Shown piece after piece: positions 1-8,513 of a stretch of DNA of 40,000 nucleotides. Origin of the DNA: Deltaproteobacteria bacterium. GTDB taxonomy: Bacteria > Desulfobacterota > Desulfobulbia > Desulfobulbales > Desulfocapsaceae. The translations under genes and the position numbers were made by a program. The notes under the pieces were generated by a model. The model ran no database searches, had not been told where the DNA came from, and was given only the letters and a program-made list of their open reading frames with translations. Location: positions 157,287-197,286 of the forward strand of contig JANNQF010000062.1 of NCBI GenBank assembly GCA_031441605.1, written 5' to 3'. How positions within the stretch are numbered: position 1 is the stretch's first letter; every line of letters starts with the position of its first letter.

Positions 1-1
1 A

Positions 2-1573
2 AGAGGCGATTACGGCAAGGGATTGGCTCTGTTGGAACAAAAAATTGGCGGAGTAAAGAGTGTTGATACTGTCATTTCCGGATTTAAATGGACTGAAGAC
101 ATTGATGAATTGCTCATACTGGCAAGATTGTTGTGGGGGGACAAACAACATGAGAAATCTTTACAGGTTTATCGGAGGCTTTTGTCTCCTTCGATTCTCG
201 AGCTATTGAACGCGAAATTTCGCCAAAAGCAGATGAATTATCTTTATCTTGCCAGGGAGAAAACGGTCTGGAACTCCATGCTTGCACTGCTCCAATCAGA
301 GCCGGACATAATTGCCGAATTGATGGAGCCGGCCTTTCTTGGCGACAATTTCACCAATGAAACCGGAAAAATAGTTGCAGAACACTATGAACTCTATAGT
401 TGGCAGAAGTTGATTGGTACCGAGTATCTTGCCAGAAAGGCAACTTTCGAGAAAAATTACTCTTACGCCGAGGCGAGCTACAAGCGCCTCATTGATGAAC
501 AAAAGGAAACCCCGGAAGGGATGATTGATCTAGCCGCTATCTATGGTAGGATTGGTAAGTACCGCAAAGAAGCACAAGTGTATGAAGCCATTCAGAACAG
601 CGGGACCACGTCACCGGAATTGGTGAACTCCATGGAAAGGAATTCACTGCAATTAAGTCCGCAGAATATCTTTGATGCCACATTTTCCACCAAGGATGGG
701 CGCGGCGGTTTTATTGATATGGAAACACGTAGGATGGGCACCTCATTCTGGCTCACCCCCGATCTTGACACGGATATTCGTCTAACATATTCAAATAATC
801 GTTATCAATCTGCCCACACATCAGCGTCAACTGGCAGTAATTTGCTTTATGGTACCGCCATATATGAATTTGCAAAGGATTTTGAGCTTGTTTTTGCTGG
901 AGGTTCAGAGAAGATGGATGGTACCAGTAATGCACGAATTCTCCATAAAATCGCGATAAATGGTCAACTTGACGAGTATTTCCATACCTATGTTGAGTGG
1001 AAAAAAAGCTTGGTTGATGATACGGTGATGGCTCTAAAGGATGGGATAACTCAACAGGAACTTGAAACTGGACTTTATTTTGAAACTCCTCAAAGTTTGA
1101 CCTTTGGCGTTGACTTTCGTCATCGGAGCTATAGTGACAATAACACCCAGAATAAATTTCACGGATATACATCCTACGGATTGTTTGGGGAATCCGTTCA
1201 CCTGTCTTTTCGTTATGATTATCAATTTTTAAAAAATACCTCAACTAATCAATTAGATCCGCAGATTTTAGAAGATCATCCGCAAAACGTTTTATTTTAC
1301 TGGAGTCCCGCTTCATTTTCTGAAAACCTTTTCACATTGCACTTTCAACACGATTTTCTTGGTTATCAGCAGGGGGAGAGACGGAAGATCAGTTATTATG
1401 CACTTGATAATTCCATCGGCTATGATGATCTGGAAACTCTATCTTATTCTGGCAAGTTTGATATTTTCCTTGAAATGAATCCGCATTTCCTATTAAAAGG
1501 CAACGTTACATTTACAAAGAGTGAAGTTGTTGAAGAGAAAGGCTTGTATTTTTCTCTGCACTATCGTTGGTGA
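2..1573 (+). CDS. Outer-membrane beta-barrel protein with helical-repeat (TPR-like) N-terminal part; 5' end cut by window edge
   Basis: The frame is open from nt 2 (RGDYGKG precedes the TTG at 23), so the gene starts upstream of the window. The last ~290 aa show alternating-polarity strands rich in Y/F/G/D/N/S/T. The protein ends ...LYFSLHYRW, an aromatic C-terminus typical of BAM-assembled barrels. The architecture resembles PgaA/BcsC/YaiO-type porins, but I cannot assign a family by eye. Confidence 0.55.
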   Translation, partial: RGDYGKGLALLEQKIGGVKSVDTVISGFKWTEDIDELLILARLLWGDKQHEKSLQVYRRLLSPSILELLNAKFRQKQMNYLYLAREKTVWNSMLALLQSEPDIIAELMEPAFLGDNFTNETGKIVAEHYELYSWQKLIGTEYLARKATFEKNYSYAEASYKRLIDEQKETPEGMIDLAAIYGRIGKYRKEAQVYEAIQNSGTTSPELVNSMERNSLQLSPQNIFDATFSTKDGRGGFIDMETRRMGTSFWLTPDLDTDIRLTYSNNRYQSAHTSASTGSNLLYGTAIYEFAKDFELVFAGGSEKMDGTSNARILHKIAINGQLDEYFHTYVEWKKSLVDDTVMALKDGITQQELETGLYFETPQSLTFGVDFRHRSYSDNNTQNKFHGYTSYGLFGESVHLSFRYDYQFLKNTSTNQLDPQILEDHPQNVLFYWSPASFSENLFTLHFQHDFLGYQQGERRKISYYALDNSIGYDDLETLSYSGKFDIFLEMNPHFLLKGNVTFTKSEVVEEKGLYFSLHYRW

Positions 1574-1652
1574 TACTCTTTATCGATTTTAGCTCCTGCA
1601 GGAAAATCCATTATCATTTGGATTATTGCAGGATTTTTTTATGGAGGAGTGA

Positions 1653-2138
1653 ATGATTACAAGAATACCGATGTCGAAAACAGGCAACCAAAAGTTGCGC
1701 GACGAATTGAATCGTTTAGAAAGGGTCGAGCGAAGTGTGGTGGTCAAGGCCATTGAAACAGCCCGGGAACATGGCGACCTGAAAGAGAATGCCGAATACC
1801 ATGCCGCCAAAGATCGTCAAGGACATATTGAAGGCAGGATCATTGAATTAAAAGATAAACTGGCAAGGGCTGAGGTTATCGATTGCTCAAAAGTTCAATC
1901 GAAAACAATTGTTTTCGGCACAGTCGTACAGCTGCTGGACCTTGATACTGAAGAAGAAATCACCTATCAGCTTTTGGGGCCGGAGGAAGCCGATGTAAAG
2001 AAAGGTTCTATTTCGGTCCTGTCTCCCTTGGGGAAAAGTATGCTTGGTAAGGAGGTGGGAGATGAAGTGCAAACCATCACTCCAGGCGGGAGGAGAGAGT
2101 TTGAGGTAATCGCCATCCATTCCTCGAGTTTTCAATAA
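1653..2138 (+). CDS. greA: Transcription elongation factor GreA
   Basis: [19 protein letters not shown]...[27 protein letters not shown] aligns almost residue for residue with E. coli GreA (MQAIPMT..GAEKLREEL...[27 protein letters not shown]). A GGAGG lies 6-7 nt upstream of the ATG. Confidence 0.95.
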   Translation: [161 protein letters not shown]

Positions 2139-2167
2139 GATCCAGAAAGAAAAGGAGAAAGAAACAG

Positions 2168-2770
2168 CTATTCCGGCTCAGTCAATGGTTCAGTTTGAAT
2201 GCCTGCAAGTAAGATTAACAGCATTTGGTCGGCGATTTCCTCAACGGAATAGTTGGTTTCTAGGGATGTGTTCCAAACCCGGGATATCTCATCAAGTGCT
2301 CCAAAAAAAGCTCTTTTGGCGAGATCAGGTTTGATGTCTTGCCGATAGATTCCCATCTTTTGCCCATCTTTGATAATTTCCGCTATAATTGTGGTGTATC
2401 GACTGAATTTGTTGTCGCGATATTCTTTAATTACCTTGTGTGTTTGTCGAAGTTCTATTTGGATAACTTCGGCAAGGTATCTGTTTTTTTTCATAGCCAT
2501 GAGGTGTTGCGACACAAAGATCTCCAAATGTTTGCGGGGGTCACATTCTGTGCTCAATAATTGTTCCGTATTCTCAATAATTTTACCTACTTCCTCTTCA
2601 AATACCGATAGCAGGATATCGTATTTATTGTTGAAATAAAGATAAATTGTTCCGTCAGCAACCTTGGCTTCCTTGGCAATATCGGATATCCTAGCCGTGA
2701 AGAAACCTTTTTTTGCGAAAACCTTAGTTGCTGCCGAAATAATTTTTGAGTGCTTATTTTCTGCTTTCAT
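2168..2770 (-). CDS. TetR family transcriptional regulator, FadR/YsiA-like (acyl-CoA-responsive type)
   Basis: The N-terminal HTH ...[30 protein letters not shown], plus IQIELRQ and FFGALDEI, closely resemble Bacillus FadR(YsiA) ([45 protein letters not shown]). I chose the start at the internal ATG (2770, MKAENK...) rather than the ORF-track start at 2830, because the extra 20 aa (MNGHSCYSCFYLC...) look non-genic. Confidence 0.85.
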   Translation of the reverse strand: [200 protein letters not shown]

Positions 2771-2849
2771 TTCGGAAGAACGATCGAATGTACATAGATA
2801 AAAGCATGAATAACATGAATGACCATTCATTTATCTAATATTTCGTTTC

Positions 2850-2896
2850 CGGTTTGTCAATGATCAATCAAACCGAAAGCCGTTGGTTTTTGACAA
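2850..2896. repeat. Inverted repeats in the tetR / purD divergent intergenic region (candidate operator)
   Basis: CGGTTTG (2850-2856) pairs with CAAACCG (2869-2875). TTGTCAA (2854-2860) pairs with TTGACAA (2890-2896), and the latter contains a TTGACA -35-like hexamer. Read directly from the sequence; function not established. Confidence 0.35.
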
Positions 2897-2957
2897 TAAG
2901 CTGCTTAAATTATTACCATACATGTGACAATATTAATTTGATAATGGAGTTAAACCT

Positions 2958-4733
2958 ATGAAGATTCTTGTTATTGGGTCAGGTGGTCGCGAGCACGCTT
3001 TGGTATGGAAGATCAAACAAAGCAAGAAGGTCGAGAAGGTGTATTGCGCTCCCGGCAATGCCGGGATAAGCCGGATTGCTGATTGTGTTGACATCTCAGT
3101 TACGGATGTCGATTCACTTATGGATTTTGCTAAAAAGGAGGCGATTGACCTTACCGTGGTTGGCCCGGAATCATCTCTTGTGGCTGGGATCGTCGACGTC
3201 TTCGAAGCAAATGGATTAAGGATTTTTGGCCCGAGCCAACGAGCAGTAGAACTTGAGGGCAGTAAAGTCTACTGTAAAGAATTTCTGAAAAAATATAATA
3301 TTCCAACTGCTTCCTTCGCAGTTTTTTCTGATAGAAAAAAGGCTAAAAAATATATTGATAGCTGTGGGGCGCCGCTTGTCGTAAAAGCCGATGGACTCGC
3401 TGCCGGCAAAGGGGTGATTGTTGCAAAAACTATTGAGGAGGCGAAACAAGCTGTCGACCTCATCATGGCAGAAAAGGCCTTCGGCAGCGCCGGCGACCGA
3501 ATTGTCATTGAAACATGTCTCGTTGGTGAAGAAGCGTCTTTCATTGCTTTTACCGATGGCAAGACAGTACTGCCATTACCGACATCTCAAGATCATAAGG
3601 CAATGCTTGAAAATGACCAAGGTCCCAATACCGGTGGTATGGGAGCCTATTCACCTGCGCCTGTAGTAACAGGCGAGATTGCCGATTTTGTTATGAATCG
3701 TATCATGTTACCGACTATCAAAGGTATGGAAGCTGAAGGGCGACCGTTCAAAGGTATGTTGTATGCAGGGCTTATGATATCGGGACAGGATATTAATGTC
3801 CTTGAATTTAATTGCCGATTCGGCGATCCGGAAGCGCAGCCGTTACTTATGCGGTTAAAAAGCGATATCGTAGACATTTTCGAAGCTGTAATCGATAGGA
3901 CCTTAGGGCAGGTGGAGATGAAAATTGATCCGCGTCCAACCGTTTGCGTCGTTATGGCGGCCGGTGGTTATCCAGGGTCCTATGAAAAAGGTAAGACCAT
4001 AAAGGGACTCGCTAAAGCAGCTGAGTGTCGAGGTGTTGAGGTGTTTCATGCCGGCACAGTGAGAAAACAGGGAAGGTCCGTGACAAATGGCGGTCGAGTC
4101 CTCGGCGTTACCGCCATAGGAAAGGACTTGAACGAGGCAATTTCCCGTGCATACGGTGCTGTTGATTTGATACGATGGACGGATTGCTTTTTTCGGCGGG
4201 ATATTGGTGCGAAAGCCTTGCGAAGAGGGGCATCTTCCTCCAGAAAGCCTCTCGTTGGCATCCTTATGGGGAGTGATTCCGATCTTCCTGTCATGAATAT
4301 TGCTGCGGAATTTCTGAGATCACTGGAAATATGCTGTGAAATAACTGTGGCCTCTGCCCACCGAACCCCGGAGAGGGTCACTGAGTATGCAAAAACCGCC
4401 CAACAAAGAGGATTGAAGGTGATTATCGCTGGAGCCGGTATGGCTGCCCATCTTGCAGGGGTCGTCGCCTCGCACACCGATCTTCCGGTCATTGGAGTGC
4501 CTCTGGATGCCTCATCCCTTAAGGGTTTAGACGCCTTATTGGCTACCGTTCAGATGCCTCCCGGGGTACCTGTGGCAACCATGGGAATTGGTAAAGCAGG
4601 CGCGAAAAATGCCGGCGTGCTGGCTTTGCGGATTCTAGCCTTGTCCGATCCGGAACTTGCAGAAAAAATGGTAAAATTTCGCGAACAAATGGTCAAAGAT
4701 GTGGAGGAAAAAGCGAAGAAGATTCATGGCTGA
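2958..4733 (+). CDS. purD: Bifunctional PurD-PurE fusion: phosphoribosylamine-glycine ligase (N-terminal ~425 aa) fused to a class I-type PurE (N5-CAIR mutase, C-terminal ~160 aa)
   Basis: The N-terminus MKILVIGSGGREHALVWK...LVVKADGLAAGKGV...LEFNCRFGDPE is canonical PurD (ATP-grasp). After the linker RRGASSSRKP, the sequence VGILMGSDSDLPVM...VASAHRTPER...VIIAGAGMAAHLAGVVAS...VIGVP...VQMPPGVPVATMGIGKAGAKNAG matches E. coli PurE (VAIVMGSKSDW...VVSAHRTPDK...VIIAGAGGAAHLPGMIAA...). It is one uninterrupted 591-codon frame with a GGAG RBS 8 nt upstream. Confidence 0.9.
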   Translation: MKILVIGSGGREHALVWKIKQSKKVEKVYCAPGNAGISRIADCVDISVTDVDSLMDFAKKEAIDLTVVGPESSLVAGIVDVFEANGLRIFGPSQRAVELEGSKVYCKEFLKKYNIPTASFAVFSDRKKAKKYIDSCGAPLVVKADGLAAGKGVIVAKTIEEAKQAVDLIMAEKAFGSAGDRIVIETCLVGEEASFIAFTDGKTVLPLPTSQDHKAMLENDQGPNTGGMGAYSPAPVVTGEIADFVMNRIMLPTIKGMEAEGRPFKGMLYAGLMISGQDINVLEFNCRFGDPEAQPLLMRLKSDIVDIFEAVIDRTLGQVEMKIDPRPTVCVVMAAGGYPGSYEKGKTIKGLAKAAECRGVEVFHAGTVRKQGRSVTNGGRVLGVTAIGKDLNEAISRAYGAVDLIRWTDCFFRRDIGAKALRRGASSSRKPLVGILMGSDSDLPVMNIAAEFLRSLEICCEITVASAHRTPERVTEYAKTAQQRGLKVIIAGAGMAAHLAGVVASHTDLPVIGVPLDASSLKGLDALLATVQMPPGVPVATMGIGKAGAKNAGVLALRILALSDPELAEKMVKFREQMVKDVEEKAKKIHG

Positions 4734-5343
4734 AAGAATTAATCAAGAACTGCTCGATTCGTCACTCGACCGGGCGGTAGGATATATAAAAGCAGGAGGG
4801 ATTGTGGCATTTCCCACAGAGACCTATTACGGATTGGCAGTTGATCCCGATTGTCTTTCCGCAGTTACCAGCCTTTTCAAGGTGAAAAAACGCCAACCTG
4901 ATAAACCCCTGCTGCTGCTCATTGACAGCAGAGAACATTTGCACTTGATCACCGAAAATATACCCTTTGAATTTGTGCCGCTCATGGAAAAATATTGGCC
5001 GGGACCACTGACTTTGGTGTTTCCGGCAAGAAAAGATATTTTCCGAAATCTTGCCGGCAACTCCGGTACAATTGGTGTGAGGATTTCTTCCCATCCTATT
5101 GCAGCTGAACTGGTCAGGAGAGTGGGCAAACCAATAACTGCAACGAGTGCCAACATAGCCGGTCATCTTCCGGCCAGCACGGCAGCAGAGGTGTTGGCTG
5201 TCTTTGGAAATGCAGTGAGCTACATAGTTGATGGTGGACAAACCCCCGGAGGACTTTGCTCGACTGTACTTGGTTTGCAGGGGGGAAGATGTTCTGTGCT
5301 GCGTCGGGGGCAGATTGATCTGTCTGCCGACCTACGGCGCTAG
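4726..5343 (+). CDS. tsaC: L-threonylcarbamoyladenylate synthase, short YrdC/TsaC type (t6A tRNA modification)
   Basis: Carries the YrdC-family hallmarks ...GGIVAFPTETYYGLAVD..., KPLLLLI, YWPGPLTLVF, IGVRISSHPIA, PITATSANIAG. The ATG at 4726 overlaps the purD-purE stop (ATGGCTGA, 8-nt overlap). The ORF-track start at 4699 lies inside purDE and is less likely. Confidence 0.85.
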   Translation: MAERINQELLDSSLDRAVGYIKAGGIVAFPTETYYGLAVDPDCLSAVTSLFKVKKRQPDKPLLLLIDSREHLHLITENIPFEFVPLMEKYWPGPLTLVFPARKDIFRNLAGNSGTIGVRISSHPIAAELVRRVGKPITATSANIAGHLPASTAAEVLAVFGNAVSYIVDGGQTPGGLCSTVLGLQGGRCSVLRRGQIDLSADLRR

Positions 5344-5519
5344 AATGTTCACCTCACCCATTTGAGTATCTTGAACTCTTTAAGAACTCAGGAAGTATAA
5401 TAAGTATCACAATTTGCTTCCTCCCTGCAAATCGTGATATTATGCTTCAATCCTTGCTGGAAGTGGAAAGGACGGCTTTGACCTCCGGTTGCTCGTTTGT
5501 TTTTTAACTTAAGGATTTC

Positions 5520-5846
5520 ATGATGAATGCACTGAAATGGGATAGGGAATTCGCTTTGGAGCAAGCTGCCGACGATGCAGAGTTACTGCAGGAATTGCTT
5601 GAAATATTTAAAGATTCGTTGCAGTCTGATATTGAACTCATTGAACAAGGCCTAGAAGAAGAAGCTGCTGCAAAAGTGTGTAGAGCCGCCCATTCAATTA
5701 AGGGCGCAGCGGCGAGCCTGGGGATACTGGGAGTTCACGAAATCGCCCTTGCCATTGAAGAAGAAAGCAGGGTCGGGGGACTGAGCATTGCTCACAATAA
5801 CCTATCTCTTCTGAAGTCCATGAGAGAAGAGCTGCAAAGCCTCTGA
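5520..5846 (+). CDS. Stand-alone histidine phosphotransfer (Hpt) domain protein
   Basis: A 108-aa helical protein carrying the Hpt signature AAHSIKGAAASLG (phospho-accepting His in HxxKG). AAGGA lies upstream of the ATG. Confidence 0.8.
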   Translation: MMNALKWDREFALEQAADDAELLQELLEIFKDSLQSDIELIEQGLEEEAAAKVCRAAHSIKGAAASLGILGVHEIALAIEEESRVGGLSIAHNNLSLLKSMREELQSL

Positions 5847-5987
5847 TCCGCCGGTCCTCCTCGTCTCAGGCAGATATGCTTGTGTTTCTGCGACTTCAAA
5901 AGGAAACAGAGTTCACCAGCACAGTTATAAAAGGAGTCGATAAAATACAGTTTACCAAAGGTAACTGGTATTTCAAACGGCTCCAAA

Positions 5988-6016
5988 TTTTCGCGGAGAT
6001 GGTATAAGAGCGAAAA
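5988..6016 (-). terminator. Possible weak intrinsic terminator downstream of ettA
   Basis: On the minus strand, TTTTCGC-(15 nt)-GCGAAAA forms a 7-bp stem and is followed by TTTGG. The stem is AT-rich and the U-run short, so support is weak. Confidence 0.3.
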
Positions 6017-6024
6017 AGGAATTT

Positions 6025-7716
6025 TTATACTCTGGTGAGTTGCCGATATTTGATCCGATGTGGTTGATCGGCAGCACTTCCTAATCTTGCTTTTCGATCT
6101 TTTTCGTAATCGGAATAGTTCCCCTCGAACCAGACAACCTTTGAATCCCCCTCAAACGCCAGGATATGGGTGGCGATTCTATCGAGAAACCATCGGTCAT
6201 GGCTGATGACAACTGCACATCCTCCGAAATTTTCGAGTGCTTCCTCTAACGCCCTCAGGGTATTCACGTCCAAATCATTGGTAGGTTCATCGAGAAGCAG
6301 GACATTGCCACCTTTCTTCAGGGTGCGTGCCAAGTGCACTCGATTGCGTTGTCCCCCTGACAGGAGACCGACTTTCTTTTGTTGATCCGTGCCCGAGAAA
6401 TTAAATTTACCTACATATGCACGGCTGTTGATTTCCTTGTTTCCGAGCCAAATCGTGTCCTGGCCATCGGTAATCGCCTGCCAAATAGTTTGAGAGGGGT
6501 CCAACTCATCACGGTTTTGATCGACATAGGCGAGTTTTACGGTCTCACCGATTCGAATTGCGCCCTTATCGGCGGTTTCCTGGCCGATAATCATTTTGAA
6601 CAAGGTAGTCTTGCCGGCGCCGTTTGGACCAATCACCCCGACGATTCCACCGGGAGGCAGGCTAAAATTCATCTGCTCCACAAGGACTCGATCAGCAAAA
6701 CATTTAGTCACCTCCTCAGCTTCGATGACTACCTTACCCAGGCGTGGTCCTGGAGGAATGTAGATTTCCAGTTCTTTTGCCAGCTGTTCCGTTTCCTGAG
6801 AAAATAATTTCTCATAGGAGCTGATGCGGGCCTTGGATTTACTCCTTCTACCTTTTGGCGACATTTTTATCCATTCAAGTTCCCGGCGGAGAGTTCGTTG
6901 TCGTTCGGTCTCTTTTTTCTCCTCAATGGCCAAGCGCTTTTCTTTTTGTTCGAGCCAGGAGGAATAGTTGCCTTTCCAGGGAATTCCCACACCGCGGTCG
7001 AGTTCGAGAATCCATCCAGCAACGTTATCGAGAAAATACCGGTCATGGGTCACGGCAATAATGGTTCCCGGATATGATTGAAGATGCTGTTCCAGCCATG
7101 CTACCGATTCAGCATCCAGATGATTTGTAGGTTCATCAAGGAGAAGTATATCGGGTTGTTTGAGGAGGATTTTGCACAAGGCCACTCGGCGTTTTTCGCC
7201 ACCGGACAAAACTCCACATTTGCTGTCGGATGGCGGGCAACGCAGCGCATCCATAGCCATTTCCAGGCGACTATCAAGATCCCAGGCATTCAAATGATCG
7301 AGTTTTTCCTGAACAATTCCCTGTCGGTCGATCAAATTCTGCATCTCATCATCAGACATTGGCTCAGCGAACTTTTCATTGATTTGATTAAATTCTTTGA
7401 GAAGATCTACTGTCTCTTGGACGCCTTCCTCTACGATCTCTTTGACCGTCCTGTCGGCGTCAAGCTGTGGTTCCTGCTCAAGATAGTCAACTTTGTGACC
7501 GGGCGCGAGATGGGTCTCTCCGTTGAATTCCTTGTCGATCCCGGCGAGTATTTTCAGCAGAGTACTTTTGCCCGATCCATTGAGACCGAGAACACCAATC
7601 TTGGCGCCATAAAAGTACGAAAGAGAAATATCCTTTAAAATAGGCTTATTGTCGTAATACTTACTTACTCTATTCATTGAATAGATAATTTTCTTATCGT
7701 CAGTACTCATTGACAT
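6025..7716 (-). CDS. ettA: Energy-dependent translational throttle protein EttA (ABC-F ATPase)
   Basis: Collinear with E. coli EttA over the whole length: GAKIGVLGLNGSGKSTLLKILAGIDKEF, LSGGEKRRVALCKILL..PDILLLDEPTNHLDAESVAWLEQ, VTHDRYFLDNVAGWILELDRG.GIPW.GNYSSWLEQK, IPPGPRLG, GPNGAGKTTLF, LLLDEPTNDLD..TLRALE, ISHDRWFLDRIATHIL. It has two ABC cassettes and no TM domain. Confidence 0.93.
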   Translation of the reverse strand: MSMSTDDKKIIYSMNRVSKYYDNKPILKDISLSYFYGAKIGVLGLNGSGKSTLLKILAGIDKEFNGETHLAPGHKVDYLEQEPQLDADRTVKEIVEEGVQETVDLLKEFNQINEKFAEPMSDDEMQNLIDRQGIVQEKLDHLNAWDLDSRLEMAMDALRCPPSDSKCGVLSGGEKRRVALCKILLKQPDILLLDEPTNHLDAESVAWLEQHLQSYPGTIIAVTHDRYFLDNVAGWILELDRGVGIPWKGNYSSWLEQKEKRLAIEEKKETERQRTLRRELEWIKMSPKGRRSKSKARISSYEKLFSQETEQLAKELEIYIPPGPRLGKVVIEAEEVTKCFADRVLVEQMNFSLPPGGIVGVIGPNGAGKTTLFKMIIGQETADKGAIRIGETVKLAYVDQNRDELDPSQTIWQAITDGQDTIWLGNKEINSRAYVGKFNFSGTDQQKKVGLLSGGQRNRVHLARTLKKGGNVLLLDEPTNDLDVNTLRALEEALENFGGCAVVISHDRWFLDRIATHILAFEGDSKVVWFEGNYSDYEKDRKARLGSAADQPHRIKYRQLTRV

Positions 7717-7877
7717 TCCTTTAATTTTTTTGGGGGAAAATAGAGGGGCGAATTATTGCAGTCTAACTATTTTTTGGGGGATAATACACAAAAATATTAT
7801 GATAATCAAACAACAGATTGTCGGCTTTGCATTAATCTAAGGCAAAGAGCTTTATTTACAAAAAGCAGAGAAAGGCG

Positions 7878-8513
7878 CTATTTCGGAAACTTTCTAGTTT
7901 TTAACAGAAATATATAATATGCGTTAATTTTCCCAATGAGATCTTCAGTTTCCCGGTAGGGGGCATGTTGGCCGAGGCTGAGTGATTCAGTATATTCGCC
8001 GGCATTCCAGGCAGATACAACGAGGTCCAGGCGACCATTGAATTTATAATTATATTTGGCAATGAGATAACAGGTGAGAAGAATATTGATGGCTGGATCA
8101 AAGAGGTCTTCTTCCTTGAGGTTATTCAGTTTATTTTTTGAAACATGGTGGAAAAATGTGAGGGAATTTGCCAATTCTTTGCCGGCCTGTAAACCTGTTG
8201 GGAAAAGAATTTGGCCAAGACCGCGAGCATTCTTTCCAGAAACGGCCTTGGGGTTGGCACCTGATTCAGCCAGGATGAGTGCCCTTATAAAATCGGCACT
8301 TACCTTGTGTTTTGGTAAAAAATAGCTAAATCCCGAAAAATATCGAATGTATTCGTCAAATTGTGCTAATTTTTCAATATCTTGCCGTATAATTTCACTA
8401 TTTTGGTACTTTACAACGGAAGTATTCAAACTGCCATGGCTTGGAGTTGCTCTCGAAATTAACAGAAAAATGAGCAACAAAAAGAAAAGTGTTTGGCAAC
8501 TTTGACGGATCAT
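7878..8513 (-). CDS. Secreted lytic transglycosylase (SLT domain) protein
   Basis: It has an N-terminal signal-like segment (LFFLLLIFLLISRATPSHG). The SLT catalytic region is ALILAESGANPKAVSGKNARGLGQIL (E-S...GLMQ-like motif) with AWNAGE further on. The start ATG (8513-8511) directly abuts the TAG stop of the upstream aminopeptidase gene. Confidence 0.8.
   Translation of the reverse strand: MIRQSCQTLFFLLLIFLLISRATPSHGSLNTSVVKYQNSEIIRQDIEKLAQFDEYIRYFSGFSYFLPKHKVSADFIRALILAESGANPKAVSGKNARGLGQILFPTGLQAGKELANSLTFFHHVSKNKLNNLKEEDLFDPAINILLTCYLIAKYNYKFNGRLDLVVSAWNAGEYTESLSLGQHAPYRETEDLIGKINAYYIFLLKTRKFPK

Noticed and set aside
4046-5241. Minus-strand ORFs (148, 159 and 109 aa) antisense to purD-purE and tsaC
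   Set aside because: These are shadow ORFs opposite strongly supported genes, with no motifs or start context.
5792-5986. 64-aa minus-strand ORF in the Hpt/ettA convergent gap
   Set aside because: It overlaps the Hpt 3' end and has no RBS. The sequence is not protein-like (C/F/L-rich). It is most likely non-coding.
6170-7638. Plus-strand ORFs (71, 142, 68 and 186 aa) antisense to ettA
   Set aside because: ettA matches E. coli EttA end to end on the minus strand. The antisense frames have no recognisable motifs and are typical shadow ORFs.
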